A stretch of 64,000 bases of DNA from Candidatus Acidiferrum sp. (GCA_035602395.1 DATNMH010000068.1:77416-141415), one strand, 5' to 3'. Shown: positions 17,717-27,494, counted from the stretch's first letter. A program made the numbers and translations. Notes: generated by a model from the letters alone, not told the origin.

Positions 17717-19062
17717 CCCTCAGCAAGCTCTTCAAGCAGCCGCCCAACCGCCAGCACCCGGACTTCGCCCATCCACGGCCCCACGATCTGCACGCCGACT
17801 GGAAGGCCACCCGCGCGGCCGAAGGGCACCGATAACGCCGGCAATCCGGTCAGATTGAAGGGCGCGGTCAGACGCACCAGCGCGCCATCGACCGGCTCCT
17901 CGCCGGCGCGCCAGCGTACCGTCCGATCACCGACGACGGGCGCGGTGATCGGCGTCGTGGGCAAGAGCAGGACGTCCACGTCCTGGAAGACGTGCCCCAT
18001 GGCCGCCCGAAGTTGGCCTCGCATGCGCTGCGCCAGCACGTAATCGGCGCCGGCGACCAGCGCGCCGAGCTGCAACCGGGTCCGCACGTCAGCGCCGTAG
18101 GCGCGCGGCCGGGAGCGGATCCAACGGTAATGAACCGCGCTCGCCTCGGCGCGAAGCGTCACCAACTGCGTCGCGACCGTCCACTGCATCTCCGGAACCG
18201 TCACCTCGCGAACTCGCAGCCCCCGACGCCGCAGGGCGGCGGCCGCGGCATCAACCTGGTGCGACACGCGCGGTTGCACCTTCTGGACAAGCGGTCCCTT
18301 CAAAACGCCCACCCGCAAGCCACGGGTCGATGCCCGCCGGGCCCGCCGCCCAGCGTCCAGGCCGGTCAGCACATCCAGCAGCAGGCCCGCGTCGGCGACC
18401 GTCCTCGCCAGCGGACCGGCGTGGTCGAGCGACCAGCCGAGCGGGATGGTGCCCGTCAGCGGAATGGCACCGAACGTCGGTTTCAGTCCGACACAGCCGC
18501 AGAGCGAGGCCGGGATCCGGATCGATCCGCCGGTGTCCGATCCGAGGGCGCCGGCGCAGAGCCCGGCCACCACCGCGATCGCCGAACCGCCGCTCGAGCC
18601 GCCCGGGCTGCGCGTCGGGTCGTGGGGGTTGCGGGCGACGCCCCACCAGGGGTTGGCGTTGCTGACGCCGTAGGCAAACTCGTGAAGGTTGGTCTTCCCG
18701 ATGATGATGGCGCCGGCGGCCCGTAGCCGGGCTACCGCGGCGGCATCGCGCGAGGGAACCCAGTCGCGCAGGATGCGCGAGCCGGCGGTGGTCCTGATCG
18801 CCTGCGTCGCAAACAGGTCTTTGACCGCGATCGGCACGCCGAGGAGCGCTCCAGCCTCCCCTCGCGCCAGCCGTCGTTCCGCCCGCCGGGCCTCCTGCCG
18901 AGCCCGCTCCCCCGGACGCGTGATAAAGGCGTGCAGGCCGCTGGCCTGTTCGATCCGGTGGGCGTAGGCGTCGACCAGCTCGAGCGGGGACACCCGTCGC
19001 CGGCGAAGCGACCGCGCGATCTCGACCAGCGGGGCGACGGTCATCGCCTCAACCGCGGTCAT
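17710..19062 (-). CDS. Amidase-signature family enzyme (GatA-like)
   Basis: GVPIAVKD, GKTNLHEFA, PGGSSGGSA, GSDTGGSIRIPAS. Confidence 0.92.
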   Translation of the reverse strand: MTAVEAMTVAPLVEIARSLRRRRVSPLELVDAYAHRIEQASGLHAFITRPGERARQEARRAERRLARGEAGALLGVPIAVKDLFATQAIRTTAGSRILRDWVPSRDAAAVARLRAAGAIIIGKTNLHEFAYGVSNANPWWGVARNPHDPTRSPGGSSGGSAIAVVAGLCAGALGSDTGGSIRIPASLCGCVGLKPTFGAIPLTGTIPLGWSLDHAGPLARTVADAGLLLDVLTGLDAGRRARRASTRGLRVGVLKGPLVQKVQPRVSHQVDAAAAALRRRGLRVREVTVPEMQWTVATQLVTLRAEASAVHYRWIRSRPRAYGADVRTRLQLGALVAGADYVLAQRMRGQLRAAMGHVFQDVDVLLLPTTPITAPVVGDRTVRWRAGEEPVDGALVRLTAPFNLTGLPALSVPFGRAGGLPVGVQIVGPWMGEVRVLAVGRLLEELAEGQ

Positions 19063-19280
19063 CCCAATCCTCAGGCGGCATCGCCGCTCTCAGTTGTTCG
19101 ACCAGTCCCAGGTACCGCTTCCAGGCTGGCAGCAGATCGGCCACGTCCTGGGCGGTCAGCCGAAGGCCGGCGGCTTGCGCGGCGGCCGCCAGCAGTTCCC
19201 TCTCCGTCACCGGCACAGTATGCAATCCGTGGCGTTTCGCCGGTGATCGGCTCCATCATTACTTGCGAGTGCGAAATGGT

Positions 19281-19310
19281 TTGACAAGAGTGATTCCTCG
19301 GCCCTAAGCT
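19281..19310 (+). promoter_or_regulatory. Sigma-70-type promoter
   Basis: TTGACA-N18-TAAGCT, 90 bp upstream of the 19400 CDS. Confidence 0.6.
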
Positions 19311-19399
19311 GCCACTGCCGCTTACCGGCTCGTGGGGAGGCGCAGGGTGGCGGTGGCGCTGCCGTTCATCCAATTTTTATTGCTGAGGAGCCCGAAACA

Positions 19400-20821
19400 A
19401 TGCTGCTTGTGGAAGTCCGCCGGCTCGACGTCGCCCCTAACACCGACCAGTTCTGGACCCTCGTCTCTCGTATCAACGGCCCTGAGTTCATGGGCGTTCT
19501 CTACCGGGCGCGCGAGGCGATCTTCGATAGCGCCGGGATCAGCTTCACGCTCGACCTCCTGAACAAGTTCCTCCAGTTCGACGTCACCAAGAGTTGGTCG
19601 GCGTCCGACGAGGGAGAGCTCTTCATGGGATCGGCACCGGTGGTTGGCTGGCTGCGCGTCCGCCGGCCCGGATCCGCGACGCTGCGCGAGTTGCGCTCGG
19701 ACGACGTCCATTTCATGGAGCTCGAGCACGCGGCCAAGCCGGCGTTCATCGAAGTCGGCATGGCCTACCGCGCCGGCACCGAGAAGATCCGCACCGACTT
19801 CCTCAAGCGGGTTCGCACCGCCGCCCAGGAGGCGCTTGGCCAGGAAGTCGGCACCCCATCATCGTGGCCGGTGCTCGCCCCGGTGGGCAGCCACAACTTC
19901 GATGCCATCCGTAAGTCCCGCCAGTCGATCAACGAGGCGACGCCCGAAGAGAACCAGGCGATGGCTGCCTTCACCACCCCTGAGATCCGGGCACTGATCC
20001 GCGATCTCGAGCGCGTGGGATCGCTGACCGTCTCGGACCTGCCGAAAGTGCTGGGCGAGGCCCAGGGAACGGCGGTCGCCGGGCGGCTCGGCGAGCTCCG
20101 TCAACTTGGCCTGATCCAGTCGGAGTACGTAATCGTGTGCTCGCGTACCGGCAACGCGGTGCTGCGCACAGACGACCCCAACAAGTTGCAGAAGATGGCG
20201 CCGGACTGGATGAAATGTGCCTGCGGCCGGCCGCTCAACGAAGAGCGCGTCGACCAGGTCATCATGCCGACCGAGCGCGCCACCGCCCTGAACGATAAGG
20301 GTCGCTGGATGACGACTCTCGCGACCGCGATCCTTCCCAAGCTCGGCATCAGCCGCGAGCAGGTCATCATCGAGGCCAGCCCGCAGGGCACCGATATCGT
20401 CCTCGACCTCAGTGGCGACCTGGTGCTGGTTCAGCTCAAGGATCGCGAGTTCAACCTGGCCGACGCCTACGCGTTTAACGCCAAGGTTTCGCGGATCAAG
20501 GCGGCCGAAGGCGTGATCGTCAGCAATGAGGGCCTGTCGGGCGATGCCAAGAAGCTCGTCCAGGAAGAGCTCGGTCCGCAACGGGCACGGATCACGGACC
20601 CCTTCCGCATCTCATTCGTGGAAGGCGTCCAGGGTCTCGAGCACGAGCTCGGCCGCGTTGTGGAGCGGCGTCGCCGCCAGTACTTCCTGCGGGCGCTCGG
20701 CGACCTGGCGACCATCCAGGGGCTCAATATCGGGCAGCTGGCGCTGGCGAAGGTCGAGGCCGGCGGCCGGGCGGGCAAAGAACTCGTTGTGACGCCCGAG
20801 GCGGTCCCTGCCGAAGCCTAG
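19400..20821 (+). CDS. Multidomain protein: unknown N-terminus, winged-helix-like segment, Cys cluster, C-terminal Mrr-like PD-(D/E)xK nuclease domain
   Basis: TDIVLDLSGDLVLVQLKD (D-x12-QxK) and GVIVSNEGLSGDAKKL; CSRTG...CACG; GAGGAG RBS. Confidence 0.6.
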   Translation: MLLVEVRRLDVAPNTDQFWTLVSRINGPEFMGVLYRAREAIFDSAGISFTLDLLNKFLQFDVTKSWSASDEGELFMGSAPVVGWLRVRRPGSATLRELRSDDVHFMELEHAAKPAFIEVGMAYRAGTEKIRTDFLKRVRTAAQEALGQEVGTPSSWPVLAPVGSHNFDAIRKSRQSINEATPEENQAMAAFTTPEIRALIRDLERVGSLTVSDLPKVLGEAQGTAVAGRLGELRQLGLIQSEYVIVCSRTGNAVLRTDDPNKLQKMAPDWMKCACGRPLNEERVDQVIMPTERATALNDKGRWMTTLATAILPKLGISREQVIIEASPQGTDIVLDLSGDLVLVQLKDREFNLADAYAFNAKVSRIKAAEGVIVSNEGLSGDAKKLVQEELGPQRARITDPFRISFVEGVQGLEHELGRVVERRRRQYFLRALGDLATIQGLNIGQLALAKVEAGGRAGKELVVTPEAVPAEA

Positions 20822-20883
20822 TTAACGCGGCGACTTTGGGTTCGCACGGGAAAAACTGAAACGCGCGCGCGTACTGTTAGAGC

Positions 20884-21075
20884 ATGCGAACCCTTAGTCT
20901 CGTTATTGGCGGAATAGCCATCCTGGCCGGCGCGGTCTGGATCCTGCAAGGCGCGGGTGTGCTGCCCGGCAGTTTCATGACCGGACAGCGGATGTGGCTC
21001 ATCATCGGCATCGTCGTCGCCGCCATTGGGTTGGCGCTGGCGTACAACGGAATCCGCCGGCCCGCCAGCCGTTAA
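20884..21075 (+). CDS. Small two-TM membrane protein
   Basis: 63 aa, two hydrophobic segments around WILQGAGVLPGSFMTGQ; TACTGT 6 nt before the ATG. Confidence 0.75.
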   Translation: MRTLSLVIGGIAILAGAVWILQGAGVLPGSFMTGQRMWLIIGIVVAAIGLALAYNGIRRPASR

Positions 21076-21079
21076 CCGG

Positions 21080-22507
21080 TTGGCCCGTCACCGCCCGCTG
21101 ATCACCGGCCTCGGGGCCGGGGCGCTGGCCCTGGGCGTCGACTACCTCGCCCACGCCCTCTTCGCCGTGCCGTTGCTCCCGGAGCAGGCCGGCTACTTGC
21201 TGCTCAAGGTGCTGCCCCTGTCCACCTTCGCGAACCTGCTCAAGCTGTTGGGGGTGCTCGCCCGGCCGCTGCTGCTCCTGGGGGCGACGGTGGTCATCAT
21301 CGCTCTCTACGTCGTTGCGGCGGTGGTCGGCGCCCGGCTCTTTCCGCGCATCTACGTCGCGGCCGTCACCGCGCTGGCCGTGGCGGTCGGCGCGCTGGTT
21401 GCGACTACGGCCTTCTCGCCCGGGGATTCGGCGATCGGCATCGTGGTCGAGGTCGTGTTGCTCGCGGCCACCGTCCCGCTGGTCGATCGGGTCATCGACG
21501 GGGTCGGGTCGGCCGGTACCGTCAACGAGGACCGCCGGATCCTGTTGCGCAACCTCTTTTATGGCGCGGTCGGGATCGCCGTCCTCGGCCTCGGCTACGT
21601 CAACGTACGGCGGTTCACGACGGCGCTCGCGATCACCCAAGGGACCCACGCCGGGACGGAGATCACCGATGTGAAGGACTTCTATGTGGTCGAGAAAGAT
21701 CTCGGAGGCGGACCGGTCGTCAATGCCTCCACCTGGCGCCTCAACCTCCCGACCCGGTCGCTCGCCTATGACCAGTTGCTGGCGATCCCCACCGTCCAGT
21801 TGGAGCTCACCCTTGAGTGCATCAGCAATGACATCGGCGGGACGCTGATCAGCAACGGCATGTGGACAGGCCCGCGAGTCTCCGACGTGCTCGCCCTGAC
21901 GACGGTGCCATCGGATGCGGTCTGGATGCTAATGGAGAGTGCCGACGGCTACACCGAAAGCTTTCGGCTGAGCGAGTTGACGCCCGACCACCTCCTCGCG
22001 ACCCATCTCAATGGCGCGCCGCTGACTCCGGAGCACGGCTTTCCGGCGCGCTTCCTTTTTCCCGGCCACTACGGGATGAAGCAGCCCAAGTGGGTGACGC
22101 GGATTCGTTTTTCCACCACCGATCAGGCTGGCTACTGGGAGAACAACGGTTGGGACGAGCGAGCGATCATCAAGACGATGTCGCGCATCGATCGGCCGTC
22201 GGACGGCGCCGCCCTGGCCGCGGGGTCGATCCAGTTCGGCGGCATCGCGTTCGCCGGATCCCGCCGGATCAACGCCGTCGAGCTGAGCTGGAACGGCGGC
22301 CACAGCTGGCAGGCAGCGGAGCTGCACGCCGAGTTCGCTCCGAATGCCTGGCGCTTCTGGCAGCTCACCACCAGCCTGCCGGCGGGACATTACGGGGTCA
22401 GCGTCCGAGCCCGCGACGGCGAGGGAACGTTACAGACGTCGAAGGCCACGGGCACACTTCCCAACGGCGCCGACGGCTACCACAGCATTACGCTCGATCT
22501 CGCTTAG
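21080..22507 (+). CDS. Membrane-bound sulfite-oxidase-family molybdopterin oxidoreductase
   Basis: Multiple N-terminal TMs; TLECISNDIGGTLISNGMWTG (Moco Cys), HGFPARFLFPGHYGMKQPKWV, Ig-like dimerisation domain; start approximate (TTG 21080). Confidence 0.88.
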   Translation: MARHRPLITGLGAGALALGVDYLAHALFAVPLLPEQAGYLLLKVLPLSTFANLLKLLGVLARPLLLLGATVVIIALYVVAAVVGARLFPRIYVAAVTALAVAVGALVATTAFSPGDSAIGIVVEVVLLAATVPLVDRVIDGVGSAGTVNEDRRILLRNLFYGAVGIAVLGLGYVNVRRFTTALAITQGTHAGTEITDVKDFYVVEKDLGGGPVVNASTWRLNLPTRSLAYDQLLAIPTVQLELTLECISNDIGGTLISNGMWTGPRVSDVLALTTVPSDAVWMLMESADGYTESFRLSELTPDHLLATHLNGAPLTPEHGFPARFLFPGHYGMKQPKWVTRIRFSTTDQAGYWENNGWDERAIIKTMSRIDRPSDGAALAAGSIQFGGIAFAGSRRINAVELSWNGGHSWQAAELHAEFAPNAWRFWQLTTSLPAGHYGVSVRARDGEGTLQTSKATGTLPNGADGYHSITLDLA

Positions 22508-22624
22508 CAATCTCAACTGCTTCTCAGGACGACTTCAGCCAGATTCGCAACGCGCCTTCTACCGTAAGGTTCGAGGCAAAAGAAACGCATGAACCGCGAC
22601 GTTGTACCAGGCAGGGAGAGGAAG

Positions 22625-22798
22625 ATGTCCTCGATCACGACGCTGAGGTGGGCGTCGATGTTGGGCACGCTACTGCTGGCGGTGCTCGCCGGCGGCGTGG
22701 TTGCCACCGCCCCTAAACCATCCGAGGCACCGCTGCACCCTTCGGTCACGCTGCTTCCGAACGATGCCACGGTCCAGAGCAAGAGCTATGTCTCCTGA
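22625..22798 (+). CDS. Small secreted or membrane-anchored peptide upstream of ApbE
   Basis: RBS AGGGAGAGG; MSSITTLRWASMLGTLLLAVLAGGVVATAPKPSEAPLHPSVTLLPNDATVQSKSYVS; overlaps the ApbE start. Confidence 0.55.
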   Translation: MSSITTLRWASMLGTLLLAVLAGGVVATAPKPSEAPLHPSVTLLPNDATVQSKSYVS

Positions 22799-23654
22799 AC
22801 TCGCGTCCCGACACTTCAGTGCGCTGGGCTCGACCTGCGAGCTGCTGGCCCTCGGGGTGGGGCAGGCGGCACTCGAGCGTTGCGAGCAGCGGGTGCGTGA
22901 GGAAGAGGCGCGCTTCACCCGATTCGTCACGGACAGCGAGCTCGCTCGGCTGAACGCCGGCGATGGCCGCTACGTTCCCGTCAGCCCGGATATGTTCGCC
23001 ATGCTCGAGGCCGCGCTCTGGGCCTACCAGGAGAGCGGGGGACTGGTCAACGCCGCCATCCTTCCCGCGCTGACCGCGGCCGGCTACGACCGCCCCTTCC
23101 GTCAGGGCCTCACGCATCCCGGATCAACGGAGCCGATGCACGTCCCGGGACTGCCCGAGGTGCTGATCCTCGATGCGACGACGCGCTCCGTCGCGCTCGC
23201 CCCTGGGGCGGCGCTGGATCTAGGCGGGATCGCCAAGGGGGCGCTTGCCGACCTCCTCATCGACGAGCTGGGCGACGATGCCGTTTGCAACCTCGGTGGG
23301 GACGTCCGGGTGCGCGGCAACGGGCCCGAGGGCGACGGCTGGCACATCGGACTCTGCGATCGCTCGGCGGTGGCGGTACGAAACGGCGCCGTGTGCACCA
23401 GCGGCACCACCCGGCGTCGGTGGGGCCAGTCCATGCACCACCTGATCGACCCCAAGACGGGCATGCCGGTCAAGACCGACCTGGCCGAGGTTTCGGTGAT
23501 CACCGACTTCGCCCTGCGTGGCGAGGTGTACGCGAAGTGCGCGATGTTGCTCGGCGCGTCCGCGGGGCTCGCCTTCCTCGACTCGCGCGGCGTTCGTCAC
23601 GCGGCCGTGCCGGCCGTGAGCAACGGCGACCGGATCGTTCCGGCTGCCGCGTGA
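22788..23654 (+). CDS. apbE: FAD:protein FMN transferase (ApbE family)
   Basis: FSALGST, SELARLN, LDLGGIAKG, NLGGDVR, VCTSGT, HHLIDPKTGMP; start ATG 22788. Confidence 0.9.
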   Translation: MSPELASRHFSALGSTCELLALGVGQAALERCEQRVREEEARFTRFVTDSELARLNAGDGRYVPVSPDMFAMLEAALWAYQESGGLVNAAILPALTAAGYDRPFRQGLTHPGSTEPMHVPGLPEVLILDATTRSVALAPGAALDLGGIAKGALADLLIDELGDDAVCNLGGDVRVRGNGPEGDGWHIGLCDRSAVAVRNGAVCTSGTTRRRWGQSMHHLIDPKTGMPVKTDLAEVSVITDFALRGEVYAKCAMLLGASAGLAFLDSRGVRHAAVPAVSNGDRIVPAAA

Positions 23655-24196
23655 GCCTCGACCAGGTCCTCTGGCTGACATCACGCGCGGCAGCGCTCAC
23701 CGCCTTCTTTGTGATCTCCGCGGCGCTGCTCACCGGCCAGGCGCTGCGCAGCGCGATGTTCGAGGGCGCCGTGCGCAATCGCGACCTCTCCAACCTGCAC
23801 CGGTTCCTGACGGTGTGCTGGGTGCCGTTCGTTGCCCTCCATGTGCTGGCGATGATGCTCGATGCCGTGGCCCGCATCGGCCCACTCGACCTTCTCGTTC
23901 CGTTTCGCGTCTCCTATGCGGCGCTGCCGATCGGGCTGGGGACGATCGGCTTCGACCTGCTGCTCATCGTCACGGTTACGGGTTACCTGCGCGGTCACCT
24001 CGATCCGGCCGCGTGGCGATGGTTGCACCGCCTGTCGTACGTGATGTTCGGGGTCTTCCTGCTGCACGCCTTGCTGGCGGGCACCGACTTCACCCGGCCC
24101 GTCGTGCTGGCTCCCGCCGCGGCCGTGGTGGCCTTCATCGCGATCACGAGCCTGGCTCGCATGGTTTTCGGGCGCCTCAAGACAACCTCCGGTTAG
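23651..24196 (+). CDS. Ferric-reductase-like transmembrane (MsrQ-like, heme b) protein
   Basis: GTG 23651; WLTSRAAA, LHRFL, ALHV, WRWLHRLSYVMF, LLHA (conserved His pairs). Confidence 0.82.
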   Translation: MSLDQVLWLTSRAAALTAFFVISAALLTGQALRSAMFEGAVRNRDLSNLHRFLTVCWVPFVALHVLAMMLDAVARIGPLDLLVPFRVSYAALPIGLGTIGFDLLLIVTVTGYLRGHLDPAAWRWLHRLSYVMFGVFLLHALLAGTDFTRPVVLAPAAAVVAFIAITSLARMVFGRLKTTSG

Positions 24197-24212
24197 ACTC
24201 GCGGTCACCAGC

Positions 24213-24980
24213 GTGGATCCATGGCATCGGGCGATTGCCTTCATTCGGACGGTGGACGAGCGTGCCGCCGAGGAGGTCATTCCCTATCGGTGGGGCCGCG
24301 CGCTCATCAACCGCCGGCTTGCGCGGGTGCATGACCTCAACTACTTGATCGTGGATCGAGTCGATGGCGCCGACGTGCCGGCGCTCGTCGCCGAGGCCAA
24401 TCGAATCCAGGGCGAGGCCGGGATCGCGCACCGCCGCATCAACGTCGACGACCAGGCCGCGGCGGACCGGTTTGCGCCGGCATTCGTCTCGGCCCGTTAC
24501 CGACCGGAGCGTTTTGTTGTGATGGTGCACCGGCGATCTCCAGGCCGCCAGGTCGATGCCAGCGGTGTGCGGGAGGTCGACTGGACGCAGTTGCGTCCAG
24601 CCCGCGAGCTCGAGTTACGGCAGCAACCGTGGGCCAGCGCCCCAGGACTGATCTCGCAGATCCTCGCCAAGCACGAGCTCACCGCCAGCCGCATCAACAC
24701 GCGCTACTTCGGGGCGCTGGTCGACGGCGCCGTCGTCTCCTCGTGCGAGCTTCGGACCGAGGGCGATGTCGCCCAGATCGAGACCGTGGAAACGCTCGAA
24801 CCTTTTCGCCGGCGCGGTCTCTCTCGGGCGGTTGTCAGCTCGGCGCTCGCGGCCGCCAGCGCGTACGAGTTCGTCTTCCTGGTCGCCGATGCCAATGACT
24901 GGCCGCACGAGTTCTATCGCCGTCTTGGGTTTGACCAGGTCGGCATCGAGTCCCGATTTCTTCGTCTGCCCGACGGCTGA
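24213..24980 (+). CDS. GNAT family N-acetyltransferase
   Basis: VETLEPFRRRGLSRAVV and FYRRLGF motifs. Confidence 0.8.
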   Translation: MDPWHRAIAFIRTVDERAAEEVIPYRWGRALINRRLARVHDLNYLIVDRVDGADVPALVAEANRIQGEAGIAHRRINVDDQAAADRFAPAFVSARYRPERFVVMVHRRSPGRQVDASGVREVDWTQLRPARELELRQQPWASAPGLISQILAKHELTASRINTRYFGALVDGAVVSSCELRTEGDVAQIETVETLEPFRRRGLSRAVVSSALAAASAYEFVFLVADANDWPHEFYRRLGFDQVGIESRFLRLPDG

Positions 24981-25070
24981 CGATCAATCGCTCGATCCGA
25001 GCCGGCAAACGTTAGGCTGAAGCGGCGTCGGCGAGTGCTTTCGGCAGCGAACAATCCCAGGAGGACTGCG

Positions 25071-25406
25071 ATGCGTGTCATGGATGTCGTCAACGAGGCA
25101 AAGGGGGCGATGCGGGCGAGCGAAGTCTTCGGTGCTCCTTACGAAAAGAATGGCATCACCATCATTCCCGCGGCGAAAATCGCCGGCGGCGCCGGTGGTG
25201 GCGGCGACCAGCAAAATCCGCAGGCGGGCGGTGTCGGATTTGGCGTCTCGTCGCGGCCGGTGGGTGCGTTTGTGATCAAGGGCGGCGAGGTCAGGTGGCA
25301 GCCGGCCCTCGATCTGAATCGGGTCATCCTCATGAGTCAGGTCGTGGCAATCGTCGCGCTGCTGACCGCTCGGGCAATCGTCAAAGCGTCGGCGAAGCGC
25401 CGCTGA
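25071..25406 (+). CDS. YtfJ/GerW-like small protein
   Basis: VFGAPYEKNGITIIPAAKIAGGAGGGG...GFGVSSRPVGAFVI; GGAGG RBS. Confidence 0.8.
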   Translation: MRVMDVVNEAKGAMRASEVFGAPYEKNGITIIPAAKIAGGAGGGGDQQNPQAGGVGFGVSSRPVGAFVIKGGEVRWQPALDLNRVILMSQVVAIVALLTARAIVKASAKRR

Positions 25407-26671
25407 TGGCGGGACCGACCACGATCGACCTCGATCTGCAATCCGTTCGGAGGCAGTTTCCGGCGCTCGCCCTGAAGATCGAGGGACAACCCGTTGTCTA
25501 CCTCGACAATCCCGCCGGCACCCAGGTGCCCCAACGGGTGATCGACCGCACGGCGGAGTACTGGCGCACGATGAATGCCAACCGTGGAGGCGCGTTCGTC
25601 ACCAGCGAGGAGACGGACGCCTTGATCGCTGAAGTCCGGCAGGCGGCCGCGATCTTCCTCAACGCGGCGTCCCCCGACGAGATCGTCTTCGGTCCTAACA
25701 TGACGACGCTGACCTTCGCCGTCAGCCGCGCCATCGGACGTGAGCTGCGCCCGGGCGACGAGATCCTGGTCACTCGACTCGAACACGACGCCAACGTTTC
25801 GCCCTGGCTCGCTCTCCAGGAGCAAGGCGTCAAGGTGCGCTTCGTCGACATCGCGGTTCCACAATGCACGCTTGACATGGAGGACTTCAAACGCCAGCTC
25901 GGCCCGCGGACCCGGTTGGTCGCGGTCACCCACGCCTCCAACGCGGTCGGCACCATTCCGGACCTGGCGGCGATTTCGCGTGCCGCCCACGCCGCAGGTG
26001 CCTGGGTCTGGGTGGACGCGGTCCACTACGGCCCGCATGGCCCGATCGACGTGCGCGCCATCGACTGTGACTTTCTCGTCTGCTCGAGTTACAAGTTCTA
26101 CGGGCCGCACCAGGGCATCCTCTACGGCCGGCGCGAGCTGCTCGAGCGGCTCCGTCCGTACAAGGTTCGTCCGGCAAGCGACGAGGGCCCCAGTCGTTGG
26201 GAGACCGGCACGCAGAACCACGAGTGTCTAGCCGGCATTCTCGGCGCCTTCGAATACCTGGCGGACCTCGGTGGCTCGCGGCAGATGGCCCGTCCGGCGC
26301 TGGAGGCGGCGATGGTCCGCATCCAGGCGCACGAGCGGGCGCTGGCGGCGCGACTGATCGACGGCCTGGAGCAGATCAAGGGTGTCCAGATCTACGGGAT
26401 CACCGACGCCGAGCAGCTGGACCGGCGCGCGCCCACGGTGTCGCTCACCTGGTGGCCGCACCGCCCCGAGGACGTAGCCCGCTGGCTCGGAAGCCACCAT
26501 GTGTTCACCACGCACAGCGATCACTACGCGACCGAGCTGATGAATCGGCTGGGTCTGGCCGAGCAGGGCGGCACCCTGCGCATCGGCGTGGCGCACTACA
26601 ACACCGCCAGCGAAGTCGATCTCGTCCTGGAGTTGCTCGCCGGCTACCGTCCGTCGCCGATCAGAGGCTGA
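25406..26671 (+). CDS. Cysteine desulfurase-like PLP enzyme (class V aminotransferase, VC1184-like subfamily)
   Basis: YLDNPAGTQVP, LEHDANVSPW, VDAVHYGPH, CSSYKFYGPH. Confidence 0.88.
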   Translation: MAGPTTIDLDLQSVRRQFPALALKIEGQPVVYLDNPAGTQVPQRVIDRTAEYWRTMNANRGGAFVTSEETDALIAEVRQAAAIFLNAASPDEIVFGPNMTTLTFAVSRAIGRELRPGDEILVTRLEHDANVSPWLALQEQGVKVRFVDIAVPQCTLDMEDFKRQLGPRTRLVAVTHASNAVGTIPDLAAISRAAHAAGAWVWVDAVHYGPHGPIDVRAIDCDFLVCSSYKFYGPHQGILYGRRELLERLRPYKVRPASDEGPSRWETGTQNHECLAGILGAFEYLADLGGSRQMARPALEAAMVRIQAHERALAARLIDGLEQIKGVQIYGITDAEQLDRRAPTVSLTWWPHRPEDVARWLGSHHVFTTHSDHYATELMNRLGLAEQGGTLRIGVAHYNTASEVDLVLELLAGYRPSPIRG

Positions 26672-27494
26672 TCAGGAGCACGCCGGCCAGCGCCAGGACG
26701 ATCCCGACCTGCTGCACCCGGACCATTTGCTCCTTGAGGACGATCCGAGCAAGGATGACCGTGGCCACCGGGTAGAGCGACGAAAGAATGGAGACGATGC
26801 TGAGAAGGCCGACGGTGGTTGCAAAGGCGAAGAAGACGTCGGCGGACACATCGAGCACGCCGACCGTAAGCAGGGATGGCACGTCGGCGCTCGCAACTTT
26901 TATCCGCGATCGGAACACCAGCCCGAGCACCAGCAGCGCCAACACGCTCCCGGTTCTGGTCGCGAGCACGCCCCACACAGGATCGGGCCGGCTCGCATAG
27001 CGGATCGCGACCAGGAACACACCGAACGCCAGCGCCGCCAGGAGCGCCAGGCCCACACCGGGAACCAGCTTTCCTCCTGCCTGCGGGCGCCGATCGAAGG
27101 CCAGCAGCGCGATCCCGGCCAGCGTGACGGCGATGCCTCCGAACTGCAGGAAGCTCGGTCGTTCGCCCAGCACCAGGCCGACCACGATCGGGATCACGGG
27201 TCCGGTCGCCGCGATCGTCGACACCACGCTGACCACCCCGATCGCCATCCCGCGATAGGCTGCGGACAGGCCGACCAGGCCGACGAGACCCGCAATGACT
27301 CCGAACACGATCCAGGGGCCTGGCGCAGTCGGGACACCGCGGAGAAAAACGACAGCGGCGATCAGCAGGAGCGTTGGCGGTTGCGAGACCAACAGCACCG
27401 CGAGCGCGCCCAGACGCCGGGTTTTGAAGCCGCCAATGAAATCACCAACGCCCCAGCTGAGGCTGGCGGCGAGCGCCAGAAGGACGGCGGTCAG
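26661..27494 (-). CDS. EamA/DMT family transporter (probable CTG start overlapping the upstream stop)
   Basis: Ten-TM pattern LALAASLSWGVGDFIGG...SLYPVATVILARIVLKE. Confidence 0.85.
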   Translation of the reverse strand: MTAVLLALAASLSWGVGDFIGGFKTRRLGALAVLLVSQPPTLLLIAAVVFLRGVPTAPGPWIVFGVIAGLVGLVGLSAAYRGMAIGVVSVVSTIAATGPVIPIVVGLVLGERPSFLQFGGIAVTLAGIALLAFDRRPQAGGKLVPGVGLALLAALAFGVFLVAIRYASRPDPVWGVLATRTGSVLALLVLGLVFRSRIKVASADVPSLLTVGVLDVSADVFFAFATTVGLLSIVSILSSLYPVATVILARIVLKEQMVRVQQVGIVLALAGVLLISL

